A DNA stretch of 64,000 nt from Massalongia carnosa (GCA_965645245.1 OZ287070.1:868001-932000), one strand, 5' to 3'; counted from the first letter of the stretch, positions 35,101-47,500 are shown. A program made the numbers and translations. The notes: a model not told the origin generated them from the letters alone.

Positions 35101-37366
35101 AACACGAGCTCGGCTGCTCCTGACTGGCACCCCGCTCCAGAACAATCTTACTGAGTTATGGTCATTGTTGTTTTTTCTAATGCCAGCTGATAGCAATGAA
35201 ACTGGAATAGGTGGATTCGCAGATCTACAGGAGTTTTCCAATTGGTTTCGAAAGCCTGTTGAGCAAATACTCGAGCATGGTAGAGAAACAATGGATGACG
35301 ACGCAAAGGCCATTGTTGCAAAACTACATAAAGTGCTAAGACCTTTTCTACTCAGGCGGCTCAAGGCAGATGTGGAAAAGCAAATGCCGGGCAAGTATGA
35401 GCATGTGGTTTATTGTAGATTGTCAAAACGGCAACGTTATCTCTATGATGGCTTCATGTCTCGAGCTCAAACAAGAGAAACCTTGGCTTCCGGCAACTAC
35501 CTGTCTATTATTAACTGTCTCATGCAGCTCCGAAAGGTGTGTAATCACCCCGACCTTTTCGAAACCCGACAGATTGTCACCTCTTTTGCTATGCCTCAAT
35601 CAGCCGTTGCGGATTTTGAGATCAAGGAGCTCCTCGTTCGACGTCGTCTCCTTCAGGAAGATTCCTTTAATGCCATAGTCTTATCTGTTGTCAATCTATG
35701 TCCAGCTAATGAGCATCTTTCCGCGCTCGATACTATCCAAAAACAAAGACTTGGCGCACTTGGTGTTTTAAGGCAGCTTACTAGCCAACAGTGGGGACGA
35801 GTTGATCAAAACATGCAATTTGACGGCTCGTCTATTCAAAGCGCTCTAGCTTCCATGGAAATTGCTGCTCGACGTTCAAGATTTGAGGAGCTTCGCCATA
35901 CGGCATATCTGACTAGTCTTCGAAGTCAACGTCGTCCATTATACAGCTTTAGATTAATGGAGAGACTTCGAGTGGATCTCAATCCACTACCTTCTCCAGT
36001 ACCAGTTCGCAATGTACAACTTGTGGAACGATATCTAAATACATCGTCGGCTCTCGTGGATATGGTACCAACACTGTCCCGACGCTCAGCAACAATGGAA
36101 ACGATCATCCGGAAATTCGGCTGTGTTACCCCCAATGTTGTAGCCGCGGGTCTTGTCCCTTTAACTCTATCCACGGAAGGTGTAAAAGCAATCCAGTCAT
36201 TCCACCCAGGCTTCTCCACTGATCCTTTCCATGAAGCTCGCATGCGTCTGTCGATCGCTTTTCCAGACAAGCGGCTTCTGCAGTATGATTGCGGTAAGCT
36301 GCAGAAGCTAGACAACCTACTCCGTAAGCTACAAGAGGGTGGTCACAGAGCTCTTATTTTCACTCAAATGACCAGAGTTCTTGACATACTAGAGCAATTC
36401 CTTAACATCCATGGTCATCGCTATCTGCGTCTTGACGGCTCCACCAAAATCGAACAGCGGCAAATCCTCACCGATCGTTTCAATAGTGACAACCGAATCC
36501 TAGCCTTCATCTTATCCACTAGATCCGGAGGCTTGGGCATAAACCTAACAGGCGCCGATACCGTTATATTCTACGATTTGGACTGGAACCCCGCAATGGA
36601 TAAGCAGTGTCAGGATCGCTGCCATCGTATCGGTCAGACGCGGGATGTGCACATCTATAGGTTCGTCAGCGAATACACCATTGAAGCCAACATCCTTAAG
36701 AAATCTAACCAGAAGCGTATGCTTGACGACGTCATCATCCAAGAGGGCGAGTTCACCACGGATTACTTTAACAAGCTCTCAGTCCAAGACATGATGGCTG
36801 ATGATGACAATTCGTCCCGCATCGACGGAGACGTCGAGGCTAGCGCCGCCATGGATCGTGTTCTCGGTACCACCTCGCGTGCTAGCAGCGGAGGTATTGG
36901 GAAAGTGTTGGAGCAGGCCGAGGATCAGGAAGATATTGCCGCCGCGCGGGTAGCGGAGAAGGAAATGGTGCAAACCGACGCCGCAGATTTCGACGAGCGA
37001 GCTGCAGCTCACTACAGCGGCGGCAGCGGCGCTATCCCTGGAACCCCTTTGTCGCAACCCCCACACGAAAAGATGCATGTTCCCGTGCAGCCGACTAATG
37101 CAAACAAGATTGCAAAAGCCGGCAGCAAATCTGAGCTGCCTACGGCTCCGGCTGCTGCTGCTGTTGCTCCAGCAGATGAACAAGATGGTCCCTGTGATAA
37201 TGACGACGACGGCGGCGAGAACGCTATAGGGCATGTGGATGACTACATGATCCGCTTTCTAGAGTGGGATCTACGTGATGTTCCTGTTGTGCTGCCTGCG
37301 GATCGAAACCGCAAGAAGGGGTCTAAGAAGGCGGGAGGGGAGCAGGGGATGAGGAGACATCGATGA
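32123..37366 (+). CDS. SWR1: SWR1 chromatin-remodelling ATPase, 1747 aa, single exon
   Basis: HSA-like region, GILADEMGLGKT, LDEAHNIKN, split ATPase with long insertion, FPDKRLLQYDCGKLQ and QDRCHRIGQTRDV. Confidence 0.96.
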   Translation: MQNGSPDNGSSVHHMNDQPVASRFSTSINSTVQVQTPDSLTAQTSIENEDLACEDNDNDAPPTKKRKLTDSATRQSSLSRPVSPPWKRIAVDGPTSFVEGGRRKSSRTNFVPLALQPQAEKRQTRAAIHKKHLMKSKYAGASTHKPLPLTLSASQQQTNGKRPQSSGKPGGILASTSPAKPSQHPSSLLQQAVAPDFIKRSHKKKAPLARPIPTPKIIASPKTRRSCHASEVVETPSKGRAIRNGRYQEEAAEEEDEDEADEGEEEGEEGEEEGEEEGEEEGEEEGEEEGEEEGEDEDEDEDEDEDEDEEEDEEEAVESFTRDPHYRPQRLNLRVRMPTVKVQQPENIALPRRFGSFRDWFEQEGHTVEDDTGGMTKEEAKDEATLRKRILRASKPGGVLNEGNCSLYLPDNEESPPRQYGHWDYVLAHASYFVKLMKQEQKLHLGAAKKLAQSAAAEWKRKQPKTEKEIEEEREFARDAVYKRFFRQLMQKWEIIGAEVERRRRQRWEEEQQRLGKQALNKVLEQSTQLLDKRRLRASSDVGSSDEVDEPNDASDESSSGFEKEDEDNISSSQSNSEDGEANRTADDDEGLTLEELHQKYADIPGPDPTQQMNTDSREIEGVDVDPGGTRAVTDLVFKGKPSISFADSQDQDPACDDIDEVDDILMDDSDASTSMDDETSESNDQSISVGNDEESDVAEEDEGLLGFFSKKDYNISVESRAGQDSLHISTKDEDSEDEVEEVSLIPDVTQVQTPSASNSEEPSSDSRKRSHLLVNGLRAQTDQTLSKEISVHSSLRNLITEDSPKASPAPSISVIQDHQESLPATPVSTRPLKTQVPSLLRGTLREYQHFGLDWLAGLYANGTNGILADEMGLGKTIQTIALLAHLAVEHEVWGPHLIVVPTSVILNWEMEFKKFLPGFKVLTYYGTQEERKRKRQGWTDENKWNVWITSYQIVLADNQIFKRRAWHYMVLDEAHNIKNFRSQRWQTLLTFKTRARLLLTGTPLQNNLTELWSLLFFLMPADSNETGIGGFADLQEFSNWFRKPVEQILEHGRETMDDDAKAIVAKLHKVLRPFLLRRLKADVEKQMPGKYEHVVYCRLSKRQRYLYDGFMSRAQTRETLASGNYLSIINCLMQLRKVCNHPDLFETRQIVTSFAMPQSAVADFEIKELLVRRRLLQEDSFNAIVLSVVNLCPANEHLSALDTIQKQRLGALGVLRQLTSQQWGRVDQNMQFDGSSIQSALASMEIAARRSRFEELRHTAYLTSLRSQRRPLYSFRLMERLRVDLNPLPSPVPVRNVQLVERYLNTSSALVDMVPTLSRRSATMETIIRKFGCVTPNVVAAGLVPLTLSTEGVKAIQSFHPGFSTDPFHEARMRLSIAFPDKRLLQYDCGKLQKLDNLLRKLQEGGHRALIFTQMTRVLDILEQFLNIHGHRYLRLDGSTKIEQRQILTDRFNSDNRILAFILSTRSGGLGINLTGADTVIFYDLDWNPAMDKQCQDRCHRIGQTRDVHIYRFVSEYTIEANILKKSNQKRMLDDVIIQEGEFTTDYFNKLSVQDMMADDDNSSRIDGDVEASAAMDRVLGTTSRASSGGIGKVLEQAEDQEDIAAARVAEKEMVQTDAADFDERAAAHYSGGSGAIPGTPLSQPPHEKMHVPVQPTNANKIAKAGSKSELPTAPAAAAVAPADEQDGPCDNDDDGGENAIGHVDDYMIRFLEWDLRDVPVVLPADRNRKKGSKKAGGEQGMRRHR
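32875..33068 (+). repeat. Coding tandem repeat (GAGGGTGAGGAG)n plus (GAYGAR)n encoding an acidic E/G/D tract in SWR1
   Basis: Read directly; encodes EEEGEEEGEEE...EDEDEDED. Confidence 0.9.
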
Positions 37367-38040
37367 TTAACGAGAGAACGGAGAGTGTTCTCTGGCTGTT
37401 TCTTTGTAGCGTAGCTGTAGAGTGGCTTTGGTGTTTGTTACTTTGCTCCCCCCCTTCATCTTCCTCCTGGTGCTATTCTAGTTTTCAAGTTTTCTTTCAC
37501 CAACGGAGAGGTTCCATAGAGTGGAGCGGGACAGGGATAGAGAAAAGACGTGAGTGAGGAAGGTGGAAACTTCCTCCATCAAGGATTCACGGTTGCTGCG
37601 ACCGCCTGGCTCGGATCGTGGTCCTTCGTACAAACCTGTACATAAATACGTGAAACGTGAGATATTTTCCTCCCTCTCCGACATGCTGTGTAAGAGGGCC
37701 GTATTGTCTTTCACTCGAATCATAGTAGAGAGCCAAGATAACGCGCTTGGATGTCGATCCGCAAACATGGTCCTTCCACCCGCAAAGGTAGCTAGTTAGG
37801 CTAGTACGCTTTGAGGTTCTGCTGTAAATTGTTAGACTGCCGGAAGATGCATCCCTTCTCTTCACTATGCTGTAGATAGCTGATCAAGCTATTGTACTTT
37901 AGGGTTTCATTTTCCTTTGTTAGGTTGCCGACACACATGGCTCACTTATGAGACCCCTCCCTCCACTATTCTGTCGTCATTCCTCATTCTGCGTGATAAC
38001 CCAGCGCCAACTCTGTAGTTAGTTACTCTGTACGGAGGTT

Positions 38041-39719
38041 GACACGAAAAGTCCTTGGATGCGCTAATAATGACACTAAGGATTTAGCGTAGCGCCACTG
38101 CCCCTTTTCTATATTTGATTTATCGTCTCTGAGTATTTTCTACATCAACCTCATTTTCAAACGATATAATGCATTAAAAATCAGGCCTACATTCAAACTT
38201 ATGACATCATCAATTTACATCACTGTCATCAGATATAATGTCTTTACAATAACGAATGAGACGATCTTCGGTATTATATGGTCGACCCTCTCGATACTCA
38301 TTTCCTCCATTCAAAGCGATGACTTCCTCTATATGTCGTGGAATTCGTTCTATCCAGTGCTGAATCTGTTTTTGTTTCAGACTTTTTGTCCAATACTGAG
38401 TCCATGTTTTGGTAGCCGTTATGCGATTTCGAGGTGCTCCTTTTCGTGTGGTTTTTCTTTTCATCCAGGACCAACATTGCTCGATCATGTTCAATTCGGG
38501 AGAATTACCCGGCCACAATAAACGCAAGACTCCTGCATCCATAAAGACGAGGTCTTGATGTTTAGAAGCATGACTGGGAGCCTTGTCCTCCTGTACAATA
38601 GTATCGGGACGATCTTTCATACATTCTTTGGCAAACGGTAGAAGTTTGGAAAGAAGAATGATCTTTTGATAACGATACCAGTCGATGCCTCCTTTGCCTT
38701 TTCGGACCACTTTTCCATGCTTTTCGTCCCATCTCCAGGCTAGTTTTCGGCCTCCTTTAGTACGCAGTCCCATTCGTTTCATCCCCGTTTCCAATTCCCA
38801 ATTTTCTTTCGCTAGAGGCTCCAGTGCCTCATTGATTTTGTCAATTTCTTTTTGAGCGGCGTGTTGTTCTGCTGCTGTCTCCGACTTCCATATGAAAAGG
38901 ACCTTTTTTTTTCATACGAAAAACAACCCCAAAACATGAACTCGGAACATCCTTTCCATCTACGTCGGATGCATGTTTGAGCATATTTTTCGTTTGGAGT
39001 TCGCCATTGAAGTCTTCGTCCTAGTCGAGAGCCCAACACGAAACTGGTTTCATCGCTCCATATAGCATTCTTCCAATCATCGAGAGTCCAGTGAAGATAG
39101 CGCAAACAAAATTGCAATCGAGCTTCTTTCATTGCTGAATCAAGGCCCGGTTTCATGGTAGTTTTGCAGGAACGAAAATTATTGCGTCGAAGAACATTGA
39201 GGATAGTTGTAGATGAAACGCCGTGTTCATATCCCAAAACGGCTGAAGATTTTTTCTACTATTTCGATCATGACGAACGTTATTTAAAATGGCCTGTTCT
39301 ATCTCAGGCGTCACTTTGAGAGGACGTCCTGAACGAGGTGCATCTTGCACGTATTCTACCTTCAGTATTCGCGAAACAGTGGGATCATATCCTCGATCTC
39401 GTGCCTTGCGTTTGAGATAGCTGATAGATTGAATGGAGACTCCGGTGACTGCTTGAACGACTTTGGCTGTTATACCATGTTCAATCAAAGATAATGCTTG
39501 TAACTTTTGACCAATGGTCAGACTATTGTTCTGAGTTCGTGATGTCATGATTTGAAGCATATAAAAATTTACTTGATGATATTTGATAAATAAAAGATGC
39601 TGCATAGGTCAAAGTGTACTCCGTATAGTATCTATAAGAAACCCCTATTGAATTGTTAGCGTTCTTTCTGCATGATGCTAAAACAGCACTAATGCACGCT
39701 TCCAAGGACTTTTCGTGTC
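38041..39719 (-). mobile_element. Tc1-like (DD34E) DNA transposon, defective
   Basis: 23-bp TIRs GACACGAAAAGTCCTTGGA(T/A)GCG at 38041-38063 and 39697-39719. TA on the right flank, TT on the left flank. Confidence 0.9.
38210..39548 (-). pseudogene. Tc1 transposase broken by at least two frameshifts
   Basis: Three consecutive ORFs carry HTH/PRSGRP, WSDET..MFWGCF and QEDKAPSH..WPGNSPELNMIE (D34E spacing). Confidence 0.88.
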
Positions 39720-39960
39720 TACAATGATAACTATCCGTTCATTTTAGACTTCCCCCTCGATGGTCTTAGAAGCCGTCAGAGGCTTCAGCATCGAGATATC
39801 CTCGCAGTAATAGGCGTGGTAGGCTAGACGATGAACCGAATAGGAATCTCGTCAGCAATCTTCATTGTTATTAACTAACTACAGAAACCCTTACAAGCGT
39901 TTCTAATTCCTGCTGCTGGTTTCGTTTTTTTTCCAACGTGGAGTAATCAAACCTGCAAAC

Positions 39961-40988
39961 ATGAGTACTGGTTATGTGTTTAAAGGCTAGATGGGATTAG
40001 ACCAACACTGTCAGCGCCTACGACAGCAAATACCCGGACGGCAGTAAATCCTACGGCGGGTATGTGGATTACGCGCGTGTGGCCGTCGCATTTCGTGATT
40101 AAGATTCCGGATGCGATTGCATCGGAGGATGCAGCGCCCATGCTATGCGGTGGTATTATGTACGCTATACTCGCCGCTGAAGAGGAATGGGGCCGGGCCG
40201 GGGACGAAGGTGGGTATTGTGGGGATCGAGGGGACATTTCGGGCTATTGTACGCTAAAGTAGGTCCTCGTCTCCGATCCCCTGCTTTTGTAACAGCCATG
40301 GCTTATCGTTAGACCCACAGGCCCTAGGCTCGTCGCTATCAGCCGCACGAGTGCTAAAAATGACGATGCAGTCAAGGTTCCAAGTTACTCTTCCTTGTTT
40401 CTCACCTTTCAGAGGCTTCTCCAATACTATTGCAAGAAAAAATATGGGCGCAGACGCCTTCATCGCCACGAACGAAAACCCAGACTCGCCCCGCCATCAC
40501 AGCCGCTCCCTCAACCTGATCGGCTGCACCATCTCCAGCAGCGATATCCCACTCGCCCAATACCTCCACTTACTACGCAGCAACGGAACCTTCATCCAAG
40601 TCGGTGCGCCGGAGGACTTGATGCCCGCGTTCAGCGCTTTCTCGCTCATTGCTAAGGGTGCTAAGTTGGGCGGCAGCACCATTGGCCCCCCAACTGAGAT
40701 TTAGGTATGTAATTATATAACGCTCTCAATGTCGTGGGAGATGTTTTATTTCTTTTCATTTTCCTTTTCCTTTTTGTTTTGTTTTTTGTTTTCCTATTTT
40801 TGGGTAGAGGTGGGCTAATGGGTTTTCCGGGGGATAGGAAATGCTACAGTTGTCGGTGGAGAAGGGCGTGAAGCTGTGGGTTGAGAAGCAGTCTTTGAAG
40901 GATGCAAACCGCGCCGTGGCGGACATGACGGCCAATCGGGCTAGGTATAGGTACGTGCTTGTAAACGAGCATCATGCAAACCTTTAAG
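39961..40988 (+). pseudogene. NADP-dependent zinc alcohol dehydrogenase (ADH6/cinnamyl-ADH type) pseudogene
   Basis: MSTGYVFKG*MGLD, YPDGSKSYGG, DAAPMLCGG, GTFIQVGAPE, GGSTIGPP and RYRYVLVN fragments, with stops, frameshifts and an internal deletion. Confidence 0.85.
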
Positions 40989-41326
40989 ACTCAGGAGTTT
41001 TGGGGGTGGGTTTGGTGGGAAACAATCCATGATAATCCTTACCGCGAGTAAGATGATGAAAGTACAATAGGGAAAGGGAAAGGGGAAGATTGAATGAGAG
41101 GAAAAATGTTTTTTTTCCCAAGGTGGAGTAGATGCTGTTAGAACGGGAGCCTGAACTTTCATTTGAACCCCCCCAAAAGTCTACCTATTCGGATCCTTCA
41201 GTCATGAAAGCGCAGAAATTGAGCTGCAGCACACTAGTACTGCATGTGGAAAAGAGCGCTCGCTCCCTGTAAGCCGTTTCGAAACCAACACATTTCAGTT
41301 AGGTACCCCAACGGAAGGCGTACAAC

Positions 41327-42522
41327 TCATCCGCCTGCCTCCAGTTTGGAACCTTCCAAGACACCTGGCGATGCGCGTTTTTGGGCGAAGAGATATTGCC
41401 CTGGATGAAAGATATTGAGGGTGATGACGGCGGCTATGATCATACTGTTGAAGGGCTCTGTTAGCCTGCTGAAACATATATGATTTTGTTTGTGGTTACT
41501 CAAGAAGGCACTCTACACAACGAAAAGCTAGGCAACTCACATGCCCTCTAGAACGACAAAATCTACCTCCTTCTTCATCAGTTTGCTATTCCATCCGTTC
41601 GACAACTCAATCACCCGATAGGTACATCTAATCATGATGCACAAGTACGCCAATCCTAAAGCGACGAAGAACCATGATACCCGCTGGTGGGCCGCTTTAA
41701 AGGGCTCTCTGTTTCGGTATTGCTGTCGGACACGGACCCAGTAATCTGTTGTCGCAATGGCAAAGGCGAGAAGACTAAAGACCTGAAAGGACAGGCCAGC
41801 CATCATGACGTTATCTCCAGTTGTAGGATCCGAGTCGTTTTGAGCGGCAATGGAGGCAAGACCACCACCAGCTCCTGAAAGTGGCGGCAGAAGAGTCAGT
41901 GGGAGAAGCTTGGAAGAGTCAGAGAATGAAAGGAGCGCGACTGTACCTTGTAGGGCCAGGGAGAGGATATCACAGGCAACGAATATGTAGGTATAATTCC
42001 TCGCTTTTAGACGAGCGAATGATTCGCCATACAGGAGAACACTGTTAGCTCGTTAACAGATGCCCCATTCTGGCGAGGAAGGAAGCAAAAACATACGTTC
42101 CTGAAAGACAAAGATAGATAGCTGCGGAGAAGAACGCCGGAGCAAGGGATATGCAGCATATCTGAAGGAGGAAGCCGTTGAGCCCATAGGCATTGGGATG
42201 CATCATGAGTCGCCCACTATACCCTATGTCCAGAAATCTCATTAGCCACTTTCCTCCAAATCTGTTTTCCCACCGGTATTCGCACACCTATCACCTCGCT
42301 CAGACAGCCAAAGAAGAAAGCAATCAAAGTCCCCCATGTTCGATAGTAAAGGCCCTGGGCAGTGTGCACGACAAGTGCAAGGCCGAAAAGGGCAAGAAGA
42401 ATTGCATTGGGTGGGTATGAAGGGGCGTAACCGTAGAATGACTGTGATATTGGGCACTCATCCGAGACCGTATCGCATTGTCTATCGCGGGCGATGAGGA
42501 GACGGATAATATGGGCAAGCAT
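41327..42522 (-). CDS. RTA1/Rsb1-family 7-TM lipid-translocating exporter, multi-exon
   Basis: CPISQSFYGYAPS, EVIGYSGR, LAPAFFSAAIY, DILSLALQGAGGG, RCTYRVIELSNGW and NIFHPG motifs joined by canonical introns. Confidence 0.9.
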
Positions 42523-43129
42523 TTTGGAGGAAGCAAGCAAGTTCAGTAGGTTGAAGCCGAAGGTATCAATACTACTTGCTTGCTAGTGTGGGAGTCTCGT
42601 TCGAGAGCACAATATTTCTTGCTTCAAGGGGGCCACAAGCGGAAGAATGAAGTGAACTGAGACAAGAAGAATGGTACATTCAAGGTGTTAAATATCGAAA
42701 GCATTATTAGTTGTCTCTCACAGAGCACTGGTTTCGGAGCCGTTTGATATTCAGCGTGAGGAGATATGACACCACGAAGACTTTGAAGGGGAAATGGTGA
42801 GTCCTGATTTGCTGGCTTGTTCGCGAATTTGCCTGAACCGGGCGAAAGAAGTCCCGTCTTGAGCCCAGATCCCTGAACGATTTTAGCGAGTCCAAAGTGA
42901 GTTAGTTACTCTAGAGGTTGTACTTCTATCATCAACTATAACAAACAGTATTCGCCTGAACTCAGTTCATGGCGTAGAACATTGTTATGACGCATTCTCC
43001 TCCTCGTCCAATGCCTCTTCAGAAATGGGAAGAAGGTCTGCTAGGCTGTTGCTTTTCTTGAAGTAGCCCATAAACTCCTCATCTTGCTGCTTGATGTATT
43101 AAATGCGATGAGCTAACATTAAAGTAAGA

Positions 43130-44180
43130 AGGACCTGAAATGGTAGCAAGCGTCAGATCGGATGACAAGGCTGAAGAAGCTCTTGATTTAATTCCCATTC
43201 CAAGGGCAAAGTGTCATTGCTCTTCATGCCTAACATCGCCACCGAAAAGGCCGTTGAGCGTGTTTCCAAGACTACTCAGAAGCAATCCATTATGTCAATT
43301 GCCCTACTTTTCTCGTGGCTTTTTTCGTCCTCTATTTTCACAAAGATACGAGTGCTCCGACTGTTCAACGGTGAGGGATAGTTTGCTGCTCCGGTAGCAT
43401 TTTTCGGCCCATGGTCCCGTGGGCCTTGAGCGCCTGGCTCATGAGGCAGGCTATGAAAAGGTCAAGCATTTTGTTGTCCTTGGTAGCGCTGTAGTCGTTC
43501 TGGATTCAGTCAACTAACCAAGCCGGGAATATCCAACACCTTGGAAAGAACTACAACCCAGCGAGCAATTCAACGTCAAAAAAAAGAAAAGCCTGCAACC
43601 ACGCTGCTTGGCTGAAGTTGCATTTGTTTTTGATACATAGGTCGCTGCTTCGAAAGCCATCAAGTTAAAAAACACGGTAATGGGCTACAACGCCTGGACG
43701 AAGCTCTCGGAAGAGGCCGCTTGGTGATTCATTGCGGATAAGGAACCATCATTTGGCATGACGGTGATTGATCCTGATGTCATCATCGGCCCCTCTGAGA
43801 TAACCTGGCCAACCATTCCAAGAATGGTAATGATAAAAACAGATTCGCCATCCGCTATGACTTCGTCAACGAGACATGCAAGGACGTTGAAAGCCTTCGA
43901 TCTCCATTCTATCATTTCGCCTGTTTCCCTCCCTCCAAAACAATGACATCTTCCCGTGCACTCGGCAATCATTACTATTTTACACGTGTTTTTCATCAAT
44001 GTCATTTCGATTTCGTTCCTCTTCTTCTTTTTCTGCCCGTAACTGTTCATTCGCAGAAGTTCTCCGAGCTCAAGGATCGTGACGTTGAAGGGAAACCCCT
44101 AGCAGCTCCAACACTGAGGCGCGGATCCGCGCGGGTGGGACGCGCACCAAAAAGAGCATTTTACTCGATGAGGAATTTAC
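43130..44180 (+). pseudogene. Extended SDR / NAD-dependent epimerase-type aldehyde reductase (GRE2-like) pseudogene
   Basis: Fragments VASVRSDDKA, KHFVVLGSAV, YNAWTKLSEEAAW*F..VIDPDVIIGP, PFYHF and FSELKDR..GADPRGWD in shifting frames with stops. Confidence 0.7.
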
Positions 44181-44545
44181 TTGTAGTTATCTTCAACAAG
44201 ACCCGGGCTAACCAAAAAATATAATTGTTGCCATCCAATAAAGTTGGTTTAGAACTACCACCAACATTGGTGTACCATCGTTATCCCTTGCTTTAACCTC
44301 CTTCACCTCCTTCTACTCCGCAATCCCCCCAGCCCCCCAGCCCCCCTCCCACAATTCCTTTAACAACCCAGCCTACAGCCCTTCAAAAACTTTCCTCTTC
44401 TAGATTAAGACTAAGGAAGTGGATGAGGAACCATAGCCCCCGAATAAAGCAGATGTTTACCCAAATCATCAACGATTTGGGATGAGGGAGCCAGGTTCCT
44501 TTTTGAGATGGGGGTATCAAGTCATGCTACTTTATCACAAATCAT

Positions 44546-47500
44546 CTAAAGCTCTGTCCTTTCAACCAACCGGAGGGCCTCAACAATGTTAGTCCCGTTA
44601 TAGCAATCAATATGGACCAGCCTTACTTCCCACCAGTCGCCGGCCCTTACCCCACCATCACGCTTCGTAACCTGATTTTCCGGGAGATGAAATGGAAGAC
44701 CAAGATCCTTCATCCAACCCACATAGCCGAGTACAGGCACTTGGTGTCCATGGTAGATGTAGAGCGCAAACGTCTCAGGTATAGACGCTTCTTTGAAATA
44801 ATAGGCTCTGGTCATGAATTGCTGGAGCCAAAACCGTAGAGCTCGCTTTCTTGACATCAATATTACTTGTTCACGAATGGACACACGAGAGACGATGCGC
44901 TCTACGTCGTGACGGGAGTATGGGAGGTAGCTGTCATCGGTGCTTCCTATCAACGAGGAGCCTGTTCTCAATTCATGCCGGACTGCCGCGTCAATTTGCC
45001 AATGCGCCATTAAATCTGTAAATCTCCGTAAAGGGGAAGTAACCCTACTATAGACTGTAGCACCGAGAAGTGCATGCCTAACAGGCATGGCCGAAAGGCT
45101 TTTATTTCCGAAGATAGTCACGTATCGCATGAACAAATCTATGGGAACAAAGCCAGAATCGACAATAGCGCGATCCATAACTTCTCTCTTCAATGCTTCG
45201 CCAGATGCTGGAGGGTTTGGGTTGAGTAGGGTACCTCTATATGAGATTGGTATATTCCGTTGGCTACACCAGCTAGCACCAACTTCCCCTGCAAGGAGCA
45301 TCAAGTCTTGTACTAGCCAACGAGATAAATCTGTAGGTATTTCTCCCAGAAAAGGTGATGTTGTTAGCGATATGATAGGGTCCCCTATGTATCGGCTGCC
45401 AATTCTGTTGTGAAGATTCGGGATCAAGGCATCTACTCCCGAGTCGAGGTATACCTTAACTTCCGGGTTCGGTATACTCTGCTGAGGGATGATCGCACCC
45501 TGGCGAGTTTTTCTTTGTCGTCTTGCGGTGATAATAGTAAATAGCTTGCCAAGTGTTTTTGTCTGTATAGCAGTCAAGGCTGGGGCGGTTAGATCTGCTG
45601 GCTTTGCTGGCATTTTGCCTCCGATAGTCATCCTGACTTCTTGGGCTCCATTTCCTTCTCCGAAGCCAAGCTTTCGACTTAGCATCTCAGGCGTGACGTA
45701 CACAACATTGCGTAATATTCCATGAGAAACCTGGGTATCAAGGATTTCGCCAACATCATTCAGCTTGGCGCTGAAGGTTATGCATGGCCGGTTTTTGGCA
45801 AGGCTGAAGTGCTTCTCAGTAATATCACGAGGGAGCATAGTATAGACTCGTTCAGGAAAATAGACTGATTCCGTCAATCTCTCTGCGTACAGGCCCATGG
45901 CGGAACGGGGCTTGAGGAAAGCGGATGGGTTAGCGACATGAATGTGCACCCAAGAAGCAGAAGTACATCCCTCAATCTCCTCTAAAGACACCCCATCGTC
46001 TATCTCGTAGGCTTCTGAGCTGTCGATACAAAACACTGTCAAGTTCCCCCAATCTTTTCGCAAGCCCTTCATGGAATCCTCCCTTGAAAATTCTGAGACC
46101 GAGTTCTCTGCTTGACGATACAGTTGATCGACCTGATGGTTGACATCATGGGAAGGGAGCGATAATTTCTGGAAAAACGATGCACGATTCAACCAGGGTG
46201 GAATGACTCCCAGTTCCTGGAGGAAGACAAAACCCGTGCTGGTACCAAGCTCAAATCCTTCATAAAAGCCTGTGGCACGAAGTATCATTGGCCCTATACT
46301 GGAGCAAGCCATGTCTCGTTTCATGCTGTCAGTAGTCGCCCAAGCTTGAAGGAGTCGAATAATCTCCAACTCATCTTCATGGAATGAAACCGCTGGAGAT
46401 GATTGCCAAACGGCGCGATTGGGTCCTTCTGGCTGTAATCGCACAGAGCTTGGCCCAAGGGTACCAAATAGCGTGACCATCCGCATCTCTCGACTATGTT
46501 TTATCATTCTCCGAGCCTTTGCGATGAATTTGGGAAATGGATTGGATTCGCCGAGGGGGTTTGTAGTTGAAAGACCACTATCTAAAGCTTCCGTTGCATC
46601 ATTAACGGCTCCTTCTTGGTATTCTCGCATCCAACTCTGAACCTTTCTCATGCTATTTGCTTCCTCCTTGGACATTATATCAAACACTGGGAATAACCGA
46701 TGCGTGCGAAGATCAACAATGAAACGCCCATCTTTAAGTATAGCTCTGTGCACTGCCCAAAGCATGCTCGCTGTGACATCCGAGGATGGATCTAACTGCA
46801 AAACTTTCATTGCAATTTCTTTCAATGGCATTTCATGCAAACATCTTTTCTTCGATGCTACAATATCATGAATGCGGTTCAACCTACTGGCGTTCGCTCT
46901 TGTTATGTCATTGGTTGAATGATAGAAATGAAGTAGCTTATTAATTATATCGGCTCCCAATGAACGAGGAACGCTGACGTCCAATGCGTGGAACCTGTCC
47001 AGCCTCTCTTCCGAGACCTCGCTCGTAGGAAGATAAGGAGTAATCGACCGTATTTCCTCGGGCAATATCATTTGTGGGAGGGCGAATATTATACGTCTCG
47101 AAGATCCATGAAGCCATCTGCCATGCATCGTATAGAATTGGGACTGATGCTCAAAGTGCTTGATGATAACAGCGAGGATGGGGCTTCCGTTGTTCCTTTG
47201 AGTAATATATTAGAGATATGTGCTGTTGGTTTGTCCCAAATATTACCTACATGAGCTCCACTACATCACCCGGTCTAAGAAATGCACCATTGTTAGTAGG
47301 TTCTAGATCATCATTTGAAGAACTTAAGTCCACGTCAGGCTCTTTAGCGAAAGGCTCACTACCTTCGTCAATAGTTTGAAGAGTACCATCTTCCCTAGCC
47401 TGAGAAAAAGGGTTACGAGCAGTTCCAGAAGGGGAAGTACCATTCACTTGGAACCGAGCACCTTGATTCGCATTCGTTTGCAGTTGTTCTTGCCATACTC

